A stretch of 64,000 bases of DNA, taken from assembly GCF_000143415.4 (NCBI RefSeq), contig NW_003314298.1:1271250-1335249 (forward strand), written 5' to 3'. Positions 46,561 through 60,101 of the stretch are shown piece by piece (within the stretch, counting starts at the first letter, position 1; every line of letters starts with the position of its first letter). The position numbers and the translations under genes were made by a program. The DNA is from Selaginella moellendorffii (Eukaryota > Plantae > Lycopodiophyta). Under the pieces are notes generated by a model. It saw only the letters and a program-made list of their open reading frames with translations, was not told the origin of the DNA and searched no databases.

Positions 46561-48052
46561 ATAGACAGGATTTGAAAGAAAAAATTTCACATGCCTCCGA
46601 AAAAATTCTGGCTCGAGAAATGACATTGTCCTTTAAAACCCTCCCCAAAATCTATGACAGAAAGTAAATTTCACAACAGGAAAAAGCTCGAGTCCAAAGA
46701 AGTGGAAATGTAAATAATAAAAATGACAAGGGCAACATTAGTGAGAGCGGTAGCAACTAGGGGAATATCAATCAATTTGAGTGTAACTAGAGAAGAGGAA
46801 GAAGACTCTTTGGGTTATATCAAAGTGTTTTACTTTCCCATAGAGTGTGTCAAATAAAAATTAGTTACTTGTAAATTTTAGGTGATTCCCCCTCCCACAC
46901 ACAAATGTCTTAATCCTTTAACTCTAAATTGCCTTTACTTAAAGCTTTACTTTGAATTAGTTAAAGTCAAATAAATTATCATAATAATAACTCATATAAT
47001 TTTGTAATTATTTAAACATAAAAATCTCATAAAATTAAGATTCATTGCATTGGAAAACAATAATAGCCCTTCAAATTATATTAAATTTAGATCATCTAAA
47101 TTGTAACACAAAACCACTAAAAATAGTATACACAAAAATAATATCATTATCCTCCCAAAAATCATTAAAAAGTAAATCTCTAAACTAATTATGCGAACAC
47201 AAATTATTCTCGTTTTTAACTGCCGTCTAGGTATATTCTAATCCGGCCGAATAGAATATTCGCAGTCCGTGGAGTATATAAATGCAAGACCGGCGGCGCT
47301 AGGGCTTTTCTTTGGGGGCCTCTGGCGGTTGAGCTCGGGAGCTTGCCTGTGTGCCCGCTTCTTCCTTCTAACGATTTCTCTCGCTTGTGGCGTAGATGGA
47401 GCTGGATCTGGATGGCGCCCATGGTGAGTGATCGCATCTCTCCTTTGCTTGCTTGATTGTTTTGCTGTGGAGCTTGGTTTTTCTTGCTTGGGTGCTTTCT
47501 TTCTCCTCTTTGCCGCAAGAAGGCGAAGAGCTCGACTAGATTTCCCACGCCTCCAGCAGCCCACCGGACAAAGTCCGGCCCGACCTGGGGACATCCTGGC
47601 TCGGGCGTTTTCCTTTGGAGGCGGCGCCTCCAAATGGGACTCGTGGGTAATTTGCAAGAGGGGGCTGCCGCGCTGGTGGAGGTACTCGGCGAGTGCCTCT
47701 ACTAGGCTAGGATTGCTGGATCGGGGGCTTCCTAAGCCTGGTTGTCACCGAGGCGTTTCCCCGGTCTACAAACCTCCGCATGTAAATCGATTGTAGCGGT
47801 GTCAAACCTCTTCGTCTTGTAGAACTCCAAGGTTGTGTTTGATACTGGTCCATAAATTCTTTGATAGTGGTGGTCGGGAGCGGCTCTCGAGATCTTCTCC
47901 TGCACAGAGGCTTTGTGAGAACTTTCACACGCACTGGCGATTTGATAAAATGGAAGTGAGAACGAGGGGACTTTATTACTAAAATCCTTTAAACATGTCA
48001 TAAACGGTTTGAAAAACACTTGATGCTAATCCTGATTAGGGCTGCGGGAAGA

Positions 48053-48534
48053 AATGGACAGAGTGCTGGATCTAGACGACATGCTGATTTGCAGAAAGAA
48101 CTCGACTATCGTCAAGAGGCCCGGTCTAGAAGAGTTCCTCAGCAAGATGGCGCAGGTATACAAGCTCATAATCTTCAGCACGTCAGACTCAAAGCATGTT
48201 AACGAGTGTGTGGCTGTTTGGGGCATTTGCGCATCTGATCAGCAAGGTATACAGCATTAAGGATTGCACTAGATGCCGACAGGGATTTGTCAAGGATGTG
48301 TCACAGTTTGCTACGCTAGTCTGGGTGGATGATGTTCGCCTCAATTTCAGGCCGTGCCTGCACAATGGCATTAGTGATAGGGAGCTTGAGAAATTGACAC
48401 CTCTTTTTCTCAAGCTGTCCAAGGTGGAGGATGTGACGCAGTTCCTGTGGAATGGCCAGCCAAAGGTGTCGGAAGCACAAGAGCAGTCTGCTAAGAATCT
48501 TGGTAAGGCCAAGGCCAAGAACAAAGGGAAATGA
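48053..48534 (+). pseudogene. Frameshifted NIF/FCP1-like HAD phosphatase copy
   Basis: VLDLDDML...KRPGLEEFL, then a frame change; paralog of 48582-49127. Confidence 0.75.
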
Positions 48535-48581
48535 GACACTTTACTTTCAAATTTGTTCACAACTTGTGTGCCCTAAAAAAG

Positions 48582-49127
48582 ATGGCGGAAGAAGGCAAAC
48601 CCGTTTTGGTGCTAGACCTAAACGAGACGCTGGTATGGAAGAAGGACGCGAGCACAATTGTGAACAGACCTGGGCTGGAGGCGTTCTTGAGCAGGATGGC
48701 AATGGCCTACTCCGTTGTCATCTTCAGTGTCTCGGATTCCAGGCACCTGGATCAATCGGTGGCAGGGTTTGGGGCGAGTGCAAAGCTTATAACCGACGTT
48801 TATGGCATTGAGGATTGCACCAGGACGAGGACCGGTTTCATCAAGGATGTGCGCAAGGTAAAGGTCAGGCATGAGTTGAAGCGGCTAGTGTGGGTGGACA
48901 ATGAAAGGTTCCACTTCAGGCTGTGCTCACACAATGGCATCGAGATCAAACCATTCAGAGGAGAAGCAGATGATGAAGAGCTTGAGAGATTGACACCACT
49001 TTTGCTCAAGCTTTCTCAAGTGGACGATGTCACGCAGTTCCTGTGGAATGGCCAGCCAAAGGAAGAAGCACAAGAGCAATTTACTGGGAAGAATCCTGGC
49101 AAGCCCAACGCCAAAAAGAAAAGATAG
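48582..49127 (+). CDS. NIF/FCP1-like (CTD small phosphatase family) protein
   Basis: LVLDLNETLV, RPGLEAFL, IKDV, VWVDN and NGIEIKPF..DEELERL motifs. Confidence 0.8.
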   Translation: MAEEGKPVLVLDLNETLVWKKDASTIVNRPGLEAFLSRMAMAYSVVIFSVSDSRHLDQSVAGFGASAKLITDVYGIEDCTRTRTGFIKDVRKVKVRHELKRLVWVDNERFHFRLCSHNGIEIKPFRGEADDEELERLTPLLLKLSQVDDVTQFLWNGQPKEEAQEQFTGKNPGKPNAKKKR

Positions 49128-49168
49128 GACAAAGCTTTGCACTTTGATATAGTTTAAGCAAGTTTAAC

Positions 49169-50956
49169 AATGGCTGCCATCGCCAAGCGATTGCGATGAC
49201 TGCCGCAGCTGAGTATCGATCGCTTTGTTTTCTTTTCTTCTTTCATGAAAGGTTGAATTTTTTTTTCTCTCTTTGCATGCACAGGGAGAGCGTCGCGAAG
49301 AAAGACAGCAGCAAGACTTCGCAGATCATGCACTGGCTCTCTCCCGAGAAGATCGAGATGTTTAAGTCGCTCGAGAGCTGGGCGGAGGAATCCATCCTTC
49401 CATTCCTCCGGCCGGTGGAGAAATGCTGGCAGCCCCAGGACTATCTCCCGGAGCCATCCTCGGAGAGCTTCTATGACGAGGTTCGTGAGCTGAGGGAGCG
49501 AGACGAGAGCTTGCGCTTCTGCCTCGTCGGGGACATGACCACCGAGGAAGCGCTGCCAACTTACTTGACGATGCTCAACACTCTCGATGGCACCCGCGAC
49601 GAGACCGGTGCGAGCCCGAGTCCATGGGCGGTGTGGGGGCGTGCCTGGACTGCCGAGGAGAATCGCCATGGTGATTTGCTCAACAAGTATCTCTACCGCA
49701 CTGGACGAGTCGACATGAAGCAAACCGAGAAGACGATCCAGTACTTGATCTTCTGGAATGGTAAAGAGCCAGAGTTTCTTCTTTCTCGGGAACTCAAAAG
49801 TTCGGGTTTTCCATCCTTGCAGGGCCGAGAACAATCCATACCTCGGGTTCATCTACACGTCCTTCCAGGAGCAAGCGACCGCCATCTCTCACGGCAACAC
49901 TGCTTGCCACGCCAAGGAGCACGGAGACCACAACCTCGCGACTGTTTGCGGCCTCATCGCAGCCGACGAGAAGCGGCACGAGAATGCTTACACCAGGATC
50001 GTGGAGAAGCTGTTTGAGATCGATCCGGAGGGCACAATGCTGGGGCTGGAGGACATGATGAGGAAGAAGATCTCCATGCCGGCTCATCTCATGGGGAGAA
50101 ATGCATAATACAGCACCCTCCTCTCTTACGTGGTTGCCTCTTTGCCATGCTCACTCCTCACTTCCTCCCCTCTCTTCACTCCTCACTTCCTCCGTGGCGC
50201 GTTTAGTCACGCCCACCTTAAATGTTTAACGACTAACTCTAAATTAGTAACGTTAAACTTTAATTAGTAGATGTTGTTAACGGATATGTTAATGACTATA
50301 ATTTTATAATTAGATAGCTAATGAACGGCTGTAATTTATAAGTATATAACCTATGATTGGTTTAGGTTTTTCCTCCTTATGATTTTCTTCCACAAGAGAG
50401 AAAATATGAAAAATGCCATCGACTAATGAGATGTCAATCTGATAATCAAGGTTGTAAAGATGGTTTAAAGTTACATTTGCTCAAATGCTTATGAGCTCAT
50501 TATACATCATTATCAAATGTACTCATTATATAGTCAACCACTCCCAGAATTTTGTTGATCACATGACTGATCCATGTAAGCAATGAGGTGGCATACAAAT
50601 CCAAATAAGCAAATGGAGCCCACCCTAAATAAAGGGGGGTTGCTGTATTGTGCATTCTACCCATCTCATGTACAATGGTTATGACAAGAACCTGTTTGAG
50701 CACTTCTCTTTGGTGGCACAGAGGACAGGGGTGTACACTGCCAAGGATTACGCAGGAATTCTAGAGCACTTGGTCAAGAGATGGAACGTCAAGTCCATCA
50801 CTGGATTGTCTACTCGCGCACAAAAAGGCCTAGGATTTCGTGTGTGGTCTCCCTCCTTGGATCTTGAGACTGGAGGAGCGAGCTCAGAGCAGGGTGAAGA
50901 AGGGCCCCAAGACTAGAACGTTTAGCTGGATTTTCAATACGGAAGTCGTTCTCTAG
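49169..50956 (+). pseudogene. SAD: Stearoyl-ACP desaturase (SAD/FAB2 family) pseudogene
   Basis: [37 protein letters not shown] and GVYTAKDY motifs; deletion after ELRER, frameshifts and a MITE insertion. Confidence 0.9.
50094..50661. mobile_element. Mutator-like MITE (568 bp)
   Basis: 9-bp TSD CATCTCATG; imperfect TIR GGGAGAAATGCATAATACAGCA / TGCTGTATTGTGCATTCTACC. Confidence 0.9.
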
Positions 50957-51149
50957 GTGTAAAAGGTATAAGGTGTACATTACGAGTTAATGTTCCAATA
51001 ATTTGCTTTGTTTTATTTTGTTTAGACACAAATAAAATAAAAGAAGTTTATAAAAAGCATGTGCATTGTTTTATACATTCTTGTCTTTTGATTGTTTCAG
51101 TGGATATACATAGAATATATTTGTATCAAATTGGTGAGTATCAAAATCC

Positions 51150-51265
51150 CAATATTAGTATATGGCATAACTAGACCTCAAGTGATGATCACTTGCTCCT
51201 ATATATAAATTAAGACTTTTGGATTAACATTTCTGTATTCCAATTTTGTATTTCATGCACTCACC
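51150..51265 (+). mobile_element. Decayed family A LTR fragment
   Basis: AATATTAG..GCTCCTATATATAA..CATTTCTGTATTCC..GCACTCAC matches the A LTR. Confidence 0.6.
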
Positions 51266-54200
51266 ACAGTTAATATTCATTTAAATTTTCTGAATAAAAT
51301 ACATTCTAACTAATTCTACCATCTAATGGTTTGTGATATTTATATAATTTATAAAATTTGTGAGTAAGTTAGTCACTTTTCTTATTATGGTTTCTCCAGC
51401 ATTAGTCTTTCAGAATAGTGGAGGGGTGATGTCCCAATGTAATCTCTTGTACTGAAATCATTGTTCATATGAACAAAGCGAGAAATAATCTATAATTGAT
51501 AGGAAAGAAGAGGTTAAGAAAATGGAAGAATACCACAGATAAATGAGTTAAGTATACTTTGAAACTCTTTTACTTATTATTGAGATTCAATAACATTTGG
51601 TGGTAACACCATAACTTAGCCAGGTCAATGATCAAGGAAACACATTGGTAAGTATGATGAGTGTGATGAAAATTGTGTCATATTTTTTCTTTTGGCCATA
51701 ATTTTTGAGTTTAGATCCATGATAATATAGATCACTGATAATCAAAATGGCTCAAGAATCCAAACCAAAGTTATAAAAGTTATAGTTTGTCCTTGTTTTT
51801 TTAGCAAGATTTAATTTGATTGAGATGGCAAAGAAAAAGAGTTTATTGATCACAAATTAATGTCAACAATAATGCCTTATAAGTGGTTTGTGAAGGATTT
51901 CACAACAAACATGTATTGTTTCTACTTGTTAGCAACTGTTTATAATTGTAATATATTTTAACTCTCTCTCTCTCTCCTTAATCCAAGGGGAAAAGTGATA
52001 GTATATTTAAATTTCATCTCATGATACATTTTAAAGTACTAATCAACAACTTTTATTAAGCCTAAGAGAACTAACACTTTCCTTAGAGGTATTGATATCT
52101 TCATTGACTTGGAAATGAAAATGTTAGTTCCTTTTAGTTTAATAAGATTTCTTAGTCAATGAACCCTTTAGCTCAATAAGGGTTATTATGGATGCTTTAC
52201 AAGGCAAAAAATGTATTTATGAATACTTAATGCTTGTGTCATTTGCCTGAATACCATATAATGCATTTGATTTCTCTCCCTTTAACCCAATTGTAAAAGG
52301 GGCAATTATTTTATAAGAATTTTTTTAATGAATATTTTATTTCTATTTTCCCTCTAAGGTTTTAACAATCCATAGTGATAGTATATGTAAATATCATGCC
52401 ATAATTATATACAACTTTGTGAGTTTGTGAAAATATTTTGATATTTTAAATATTCTTTATGAAGATCTAAGATTTTGTTAAGCTATTAACATAAGATAAT
52501 GTATGCAACATTGTTTGAGAAAAAACTTTGGATAGAACTCTTGGATGAAGATTATTCAAGTAAATACTTCTATAAAAGTCATTGCATGAGAAATGTTAAC
52601 ATGCTAGTTAGTTCTAGAAATGTAATGCATGTGATCATGGTATTATCACCGTAGATCCTTGGAACCTTGAAGGATAATTGAGGATAAAATAACCATTAAA
52701 GGCTCTTTCATAAAACAATTGCCTTTTTTCTAATTGGCTTAAGGGAAGAGATAAGATGCATTACAAAAAAACATATAAGAAAAATGCTTCAAAAGTATAT
52801 ATAATTGTAATTGTAACACATATGATCATTTAAATGAGATTTGGACTGCAGATCTTGGAAATATAAAAGTTTTTTTATTAAGCAATTACCCCTTTTCTAG
52901 AGTTTAAGAGGAAAGAGATATATGGTATTTAAATTGATTAATGGTTATTTAAAATATAATTAGCTGGGATCCATTGGGAGAAGTATAAATATTTTGGGCA
53001 CATTCAATTTTCAAGTATTGTAGTATCAACTATTAATTTAAATAATCAGTTGAAAGTTGTAGTTGTACTCTAGAAAGCAAGATATATTAATTAATCAAGA
53101 CTGGCTTCTTTTATTTTGCAAATCTTGTCTAAGACATAGTTGAAATGAAAGCAAATGCCTATGTAGAAAGTTCTATGAGATTCTAAAATCACCATACGAG
53201 AGATGGAGCATAAAAAATCTATAATCAAAATTACAACATCTATTTGAAAGCTTGATATTGAGGGATGTTTTAGGTGTTCTAGAATAAACCACCATTGGTT
53301 TTAGATCAAAGGACTAGGATAAAAAATAGAAGTATTCAAAATTGGCTTTGTCTTCTAGATTTCTTGTCTAAGTTTTGAACAAAAATACAAAAGTGATGAT
53401 AATATAGTCAAGATGCAATCACTATTGATTGAACTAAGAAGGAAAGAAGAAATCCATTACTTAGGGTGTCGATGAGAGAAAAATCTAAAACTGAACAGAA
53501 AATATTGAAGATTAGGGAAGAACTTGAAGCCACAAAGGGAACAAGCTTTTCTTTAGAGAAAAAATAGCTAGCTATAAAAAAATAGATGGATGTCAAGTAT
53601 GCAAAAGTTGAAGTTGAGATGGTAGATACAATTATTATAATGTGAGGCTGAGCAAGGAACAAGATACCTAATTATTGTCATGAATGTGACTGTAGATATC
53701 GAAAGTTACATGTCGATGAATCCTTTCAAATATTCTTTCCTTACTGCCATGACAACAAAGGGTTGATATTGTTGGACCTTTTATCAATCCCTTTTGTGCT
53801 AGTGGACTTAATTGGGCATTTTGAGTGTACTTAAACTAGACAAGCATAAGGATGGAATTCTTACATGTTATTAACTAAACATACTTAGCTCAGTAAGGAG
53901 TTCCTGTCTTGTTATATCTTGCATTGACTAGTGACAAAAACCTTTGCATATTGAGATTAATCCCTCAATATTATTAGATGATAGATTACTGTATCTACTA
54001 AACACCTTCGTTATCATGCCCCATATATTGGTCCCATGGGTCTTAATGGCTATTTATGGAAAGTGTTTAGATTTATTAGTTAGGTATATCTATAAAATGT
54101 AAAAATTGTTTTATTAGTGCCATTCCATATTTAGTAAGTTTTCGTGATTATCTTAGAGACTAACTTTTGGGACTAGGGTGAAAGCCCAAAGCATGCATTC

Positions 54201-54733
54201 CTCAAAAGGGGATTGTGGGGGTTTCCAAATATATAGTAGAGATAGTGGGTAGGTTGGGCATGGTCAACTAGCTTGAGACATAGTCTAGCTCTCGGTTGTG
54301 TGCCTATCTTTGTTCAGCATCTGACTTGAGTCTAAACCCAAGTTCCATACCATACTAGTTGGTGGATTACTCATATTCTTGTATTAAGCCATTAATATGC
54401 TAAAATAGCATCAAACTCCATTTGGTTTTGCTTTGTATGTTAGTACTAATATTGGGATATTGGATGCATTCTTATGTCACTTTGTGCTCTTGTCTTTTCG
54501 CTCCTTGGGTTGAATGCTCGGGATGTGAGACACAAATCCCTAAGCCCCAAAGTGGAGCTGAAAGGGTGCCATGTGGTAGTGGCCGAAGCGAAAGCCAAAT
54601 GAGCGTAACACGTTTGGACTAAAAGGCTCCGACTTGAAAGGTTGAGAGCAGGAGTGGACTCCCGGAGTGCTCAAGGAATGAGCATGAAGTGAGCAATAAA
54701 AGAGTCTCTAGAAAAGGGACACAAGAGGACCCG

Positions 54734-54833
54734 NNNNNNNNNNNNNNNNNNNNNNNNNNNNNNNNNNNNNNNNNNNNNNNNNNNNNNNNNNNNNNNNNNN
54801 NNNNNNNNNNNNNNNNNNNNNNNNNNNNNNNNN
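54734..54833. other. Assembly gap (100 N)
   Basis: Run of N where the hexamer array of the LTR is expected. Confidence 1.
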
Positions 54834-55082
54834 CTTGGTGAAGTGTTCAAGAGCTATCTTTAGTTCCCTTGGGAGATCAAATGGTTGATGCTCCCAGTCC
54901 AAATGTGGGTGGCACTACCTACTTGGATACCTAGCGTGGCTTAATGGAACCTCGCTCTAAGCCCATGGATAGAGCAACCAAAGGTGGAAAGCGGGGAGAG
55001 TACCCATGAAGCTCGCGTAAGGCTACAGTGTTCTGAAATGTTGTCCCAAAGTCCCAGACTGTAGGATGGAAGAGGAGCAGTC

Positions 55083-55277
55083 TGTAAGCAACCAAAGGGA
55101 ACGACTTGAGAGATGGTCCATGGGGTTCAAATATAGAGGGAAAGGGCCCATGAACAAGAGTGCACCCCCTTTTCCAATCGGTTAAAGGGTCTTGGGATAT
55201 TTGGAGTTAAGCGTCCTTGGGTTTGAATAGTACTGGGCTGGGTGACCTCCCGGGAAGTCCAAACTCAGGAGCTTACA
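55083..55277 (+). mobile_element. Cassandra solo LTR
   Basis: Full LTR with TSD CAGTC. Confidence 0.92.
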
Positions 55278-58249
55278 CAGTCCTCTAGTGTGGTGACTAA
55301 GTATATGGTCAGGTGGTGAAAAAGCCCCAGAGGACAGTGGGTCAGGTGGTGAAAAAGCCCCAGAGGACAGTGGGACTTAGTGGTCAGGCTTGTGGGCTTT
55401 GTCCTAGTGGCAGTATAGGAGCTTACACAGTCCTCTAGTGTGGTGACTAAGTATATGGTCAGGTGGTGAAAAAGCCCCAGAGGACAGTGGGTCAGGTGGT
55501 GAAAAAGCCCCAGAGGACAGTGGGACTTAGTGGTCAGGCTTGTGGGCTTTATCCTAGTGGCAGTATAGGCAAATTCAGTTATGGACAGAAAAGGGACTTG
55601 ATGGGGACTATAAAAGGGATATTGGGAAAGGCAATTCCCCCTGTTTGTGGGCATTTTAAGGATGTTAAAGAGTGGATCTTGGATGGTCACTTCTAGACGG
55701 ATGGCCTAGTCGTTGAGAGATAGGATTGAGATGTAGGTGGTGTTGGACCACCAGTGTGACCAAGGTGAATGGGCATGGCCTTAGCATAACGAGTTGTTAT
55801 GTTGGTAGTACCTTGGGGTGTCGGTCTTGGAACCGAACACGTGGAGCACTTGGACCAAATGCAAAGGATGAGTAGCATGGATGTCATTCTTGGGGCTAGC
55901 AAGTCCTAAGTTCTAAATTGGACTTAAGGAGGTTGTGAATGAGAATCCTCCAAGTGGTCGAAGGTGTGGTCAAGTGACTAAAGGATGAGTAGCATGGATG
56001 TCATTCTTGGGGCTAGCAAGTCCTAAGTTCTAAATTGGACTTAAGGAGGTTGTGAATGAGAATCCTCCAAGTGGTCGAAGGTGTGGTCAAGTGACTAAAG
56101 TAGGATGGAAAAATTAATCACTTATACAGGAGTTGTTCTATGGTCTGATTCCTTCGCTCCTTGGTTGTATATTTAAGAGTTTGGCTTTGTCTCTTTATTC
56201 AGTGGCCTAAAGCCTTAAAACTTAGGTTTCACTCCACTGCTTTTTGACATTTGGCCAAAGGTTTAGGTTTCGCTCTATGGTTATCTTATAGTAAATCACC
56301 ACAGGATAAAAGGTGAAAACCATGTGTGTTACATTGGGTATCATAGAAAGAGTCTTAGTAAGTTCTATTTAATAAGATTGGGCAACTAGTCTCATTACAT
56401 ATACAGAGATGAAAACAATGATCCGAGTGGGTACACATTTGAATCCTATGACTTTGCATTCATTCATTGGGTAGGGATTTTAGTTCCCTTTTTGTACTAG
56501 ATTATATCAGCTTTTGCTTGGGGTTATAAGATGCATGTGAGATGTTTAATTCCACAAGTTTTCACTTGGGCTTGTGAGTGGGGTGCAGGTTATACTTTGA
56601 GTTAGTAAGATTAATATTAGTCTATTGATGGTTACCATGAATTGTGTGAGTAAAAGTAAACCTCCCCTATGTTTGCTATAAGTGGCGAATAAATTAGTTT
56701 ATAATTGTTTAGTATGACACTAGTGGATCCTTCTTAGCCATAATTATAAGTGGATTAAGATGAAAGCATACAAATCATTTTCTCTTCTTGGAGAGATGAT
56801 TTGCAATGCTCTTTAAATAATATAGAGTTGGATTAGTTTTGAGTTTGGTTGGAAAAAGAGTGGCATGAGCTATAAAAGTTAGTAGTGTTAGGTGTTGTAA
56901 ATCTCCATTAGTGGGGTGTGGCATTTATATTATATTTTGTCAAATAGAGTTGATATTTGATATTCATATAAATCTTTGTAATAATGACATAGGTGTTGCT
57001 TGTGATATTGCTCAATTGATGATCATTATTGTGATATTTATATCATACCTATGTGATCATGAGTAATGTGTTTACGAAGTTGTTTGATCAAATGATGATC
57101 AACCCTAAAGTGGTTGATAATAATGTTAGCCTACTTGTATGTAGTAACATTGTAGTAACTTTAACTGGATTTTCAAGAGTGATTCATTATATGCTAAGCT
57201 AGTGTTAATACCTTGGTTTCTTAAGGGTTTGCCTATTGAAGTTTTGGAAAAGGGTTATAGCATTCATTTGCTATAATTTATTGGTTGATTTATTAACATA
57301 TGGAGTAGGTTGTTGGATAGAGAAAGTGTATAGTTGAAGCATTTACATTACTAACACTTATGTTAGCGGAAGTGGCATTGTTTTATCAAGTGATGAAGAA
57401 TTATCTTTGGAACTTGATTTTCATGTTATTTTCTTTATTAGTGTTTTGGCTTCATATTTGATCTTGAAGGTAATTGAAGAAGAGTGTTAGTGCAATATGG
57501 ATATGTGAAAATATAGTTTTTATGATCCAATTTTGGATGTTCATTTTGCATTTTTGCAAATGTTGGTCTTGGTTTGAGTTTTGGCTTTTTCTTGAAAAAT
57601 GATTTTGTTATAGATTATGCTAGCTTTGTGTCAAGGGCCAGAGCCAACTCAAGAATAAAACTTGGTCAAAATCAGGAGTTTTTCCTTCTTTTTTTAGTTA
57701 TAGTGGGGGAATAAGGGAATATTCAGCTGAAAGGGGGTCTTGGTGCTAGAGGTTGACAAGAGGGCAGATGGCCAATTTCCAGGCATAGCATGTATGTAGG
57801 GTGAAGGGAGTGAAATAAAAAAGAAGGCTTTTGGAAGGATGCTTTGTCTGATAGCCTTGGAGCACGTGGAGCAGAGGTTGGTAGTGCAGTGGTGACTACT
57901 GGCATTTGAGGAGTGCATCACAGTAACAATCACTTGAGATCAATAAATTTGTGAGTTTTCCGACCTGTGGGCAACTCTAGGTTAGGATGTTGATAGAGGT
58001 TCTAGCAGAGGTTGCTGACAAGGATAGGGCTGAGGCTAGGCAGTAGTGATTTCCTACTTTGTTGGTGTGTCGTCACAAGGAGTGACATCTTCACAAGAAG
58101 TGACATCTGGAAGCGAAGCGAGTGTGGAGATTGTGGTGGAAGGGTGAGCGCCAGGAGAAGTTGGGCTACCCTCACCAGATCAAGGCCATTCCTTCCTAGT
58201 GTATGAACCAAAGAATTCAAGAGTATTTGGTGAGACTTATAGAAGCGTG

Positions 58250-59390
58250 AGAGCAAGAGGAAAGACGAGCAAAGCAAAGACATGAGAGAGAGGCAAGAAT
58301 TCTTGCGAGAAATCTGCCACAAGTTTATGATCCTGAGAGTCCAAGAGCAAGGAGTGCAAATCCTCGGCCAAGAAATCCTGTCAGCAAGAAGGAGAACAAT
58401 CAAGAACAAGAAGATGAGTGGCAATAATTCCAGTCGTCACCACTGTAGCAACAGCTAGTAGAGCAGCAATAGCAGCCACCAATTGAACAAGTACAACAAC
58501 CTCAACAGCAACAAGTAGAGAATATGGCAATAACAAAGATGAAGTACACCATCTTCAATGGTATGAGAGATCCAGACACCCATATGACAGTGTTCGAGAA
58601 TACATCCATAGCAAACGATGAAGCAAATGCAGTAGATCACAAAAAACTTTTATCAGCCATGTTATAAGGCATAGCTACAGAATAGATGGCTCAAGTTCCA
58701 GCAACAACAAATTCGGCAGCATTGTAGACATCCTCTTTGGCTACCTTCTGGCCAATAAGCTTTTCACAGTGACTCATGAGTGATCTGAGTCATTTCCAAC
58801 TCTTGCCAAGTGAGAGTTTACAAAGCTATACATTAAGGTTCAAGAGATTGATCCTCAGGAAGCAGCCACAACCAACACCAGTAGGAGTAGGAGTAGTCTT
58901 GTGCAAGGAGTGGCCATGAGTATTGTACAACTTAGTCATCTTGATGTGATCACTGATTTGCATCATTCCTTGCTTCCAGCACATCTCAACATCTGCTTGG
59001 AGATGCCATATGCATCCCAAGATGATAAGATTGGTGAGGGAGTGGGAGTTCACATGCTAGAAGTTCACCACCACAAAATCTACCAGCGATGAGATCCCTT
59101 AGATTGATATCAACCCTTAGTGGCATATGCCCGCAAGGATCATGGTATGGTTTGCAAAGGTTTTGGGGATGATGGTTGTGTTGTCTTGCATCTGTAACCC
59201 AACAAACTTTGCCAATGCCAAAGAGATGACATTACTTATTGATCCTGAATCTAAGAGTGCTTCTGCTATGACAGTATCTCCTAGAGTGACTAATGCCATA
59301 AAAGCTCTTGGATCCTATGTTGCTGTGGCATCCACAATGTGGATTTCCTCTCTAGCACGAATAAGATGTTGGCTGGAACATGCAAGAGCT
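58250..59390. mobile_element. Decayed gag (+ strand) and aspartic protease (- strand) retroelement fragments
   Basis: FNGMRDPDTHMTVFE-like gag remnant; ALLDSGSISNVIS protease motif at 59117-59299. Confidence 0.55.
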
Positions 59391-59395
59391 TCTAG

Positions 59396-59589
59396 TGTAA
59401 GCAACCAAAGGGAACGACTTGAGAGACGATCCATGGGGTTCAAATATAGAGGGAAAGGGCCCATGAATAAGAGTGCACCCCCTTTTCCAATCGGTTAAGG
59501 GTCTTGGGATATTTGGGGTTAAGTGTCCTTGGGTTAGAATAGTACTGGGCTGGGTGACCTCCCGGGAAGTCCAAACTCAGGAGCTTACA
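59396..59589 (+). mobile_element. Cassandra solo LTR
   Basis: Full LTR with TSD TCTAG. Confidence 0.92.
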
Positions 59590-60101
59590 TCTAGCTGCTG
59601 TCCAAATCCTGGGACTGATCACAAAAGTTGTTCAAGTGAAAGGGTGACCAAGCTATGCAATAGTTGCTACATGACATTTGTTGGAAGAACTAAAGATGTA
59701 GTAGCCAAGCCTAGAGAACATATGCTGTTGAGCTAAGAAGGTCCAACATCAACTATAGGGGATCCAGCAAAATGTCAACTTAAAGGGTAACTTGCATGCA
59801 ATGGTTGGACCTGGTACTTGTTAAATAGCTGAGTCTTGCTCACCATTGATGTCTAGGGCTGTTGGCTGACGCTTCTTCTGAGCTCGAGTCACAGCTGTAA
59901 TGGTGTTGACGTGGAGAGCCAATGAGGCAGCTTCAATTGCATGCTGTTGGAGCTGCTATTGATATCCATCTAGAGGTGGCCAAAGTGTAGAGTTATCAAC
60001 AAGGGGATGCTCTTGGATATGTTGGCTCTTGGGAGGTCAAAGTTCTAATTGGAGATGATAACATATTCTATCAAGTGTGTACTGACCTCATAATGGGTAC
60101 A

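Larger units (their letters stand above)
54524..56126 (+). mobile_element. Family C solo LTR with assembly gap, nested Cassandra LTR and tandem duplications
   Basis: Matches 12995-15251; near-TSD CGGGA/CAGGA. Confidence 0.8.
53676..56333 (+). mobile_element. Family D 5' LTR (split by a family C solo LTR), followed by a PBS-like site and decayed interior
   Basis: TGTC..GTTACA ends; reverse complement of 60102-61228; TGGGTATCATAG follows. Confidence 0.7.

Noticed and set aside
47200-48020. Possible small gene(s) upstream of the NIF copies
   Set aside because: GC-rich with a TATA-like motif, but no recognisable protein or consistent exon chain.
51300-53670. Hidden coding or viral sequence in the AT-rich stretch
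   Set aside because: No substantial ORF or motif; most consistent with decayed TE DNA.
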